Positions 63,648-64,000 of a stretch of 64,000 bases of DNA are shown piece by piece. This stretch comes from Bugula neritina. Its lineage: Eukaryota > Animalia > Bryozoa. The stretch is from positions 19,766,767 to 19,830,766 of the forward strand of contig OZ037766.1 in NCBI GenBank assembly GCA_964035545.1, in the 5' to 3' direction. Under the pieces are notes generated by a model that searched no databases, was not told the origin of the DNA, and saw nothing but the letters and a program-made list of their open reading frames with translations. How positions within the stretch are numbered: the stretch's first letter is position 1; each line of letters starts with the position of its first letter. The position numbers were made by a program, and so were the translations under genes.

Positions 63648-64000
63648 CTAAAATGATGTTTTATAGCTTGTCACATTAGCCTCTATGCAACATAGTGGGG
63701 GTGCCAACATGCAAAAGTGGTCTGGTGGAGCACATCAATACTAACCTTTGTTGCTATATATCACTGCAAAGTCAACAATCTACTAATCTCAAATCTGCAA
63801 GTGACTTTTGTATCTGATGGGGGCGAGGTTCTCCTTTGAGGAGGTGGATATACAGAGGTTGGCCAATTTTCAAGGGGACATCAAGAAATTTAAAATATGC
63901 AATTATTTGAGTAGTTTGAGTTTAATATTCAAAATGTTTTTTGGAAATGTTTTACACCTATGAAACTATCTCTCAAAAAAGTGGTGACTAAAAATTGATA

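Overview
AT-rich, intron-dense animal genomic DNA; invertebrate, and a lophotrochozoan origin is only my guess. From left to right: (1) the 3' part (about 30 exons) of a very large, probably secreted + strand protein made of tandem beta-rich repeats, an F5/8 type C (discoidin)-like domain and a distinctive C-terminal module; (2) the 3' exons of a - strand single-pass membrane protein; (3) a cluster of MITEs and a near full-length but decayed CR1/L2-type LINE with a PHD-finger ORF1; (4) a - strand Reeler-domain gene; (5) a - strand Ig-domain single-pass receptor; (6) an RTE retrotransposon copy with a 5' inversion and a target-site duplication; (7) a complete 19-coding-exon cytoplasmic alanyl-tRNA synthetase; (8) the last exon of a convergent gene. 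Four copies of a tRNA-derived SINE are also present. Most entries in the supplied ORF track are exon fragments or spurious. All exon boundaries were inferred by eye from GT-AG sites and reading-frame continuity.
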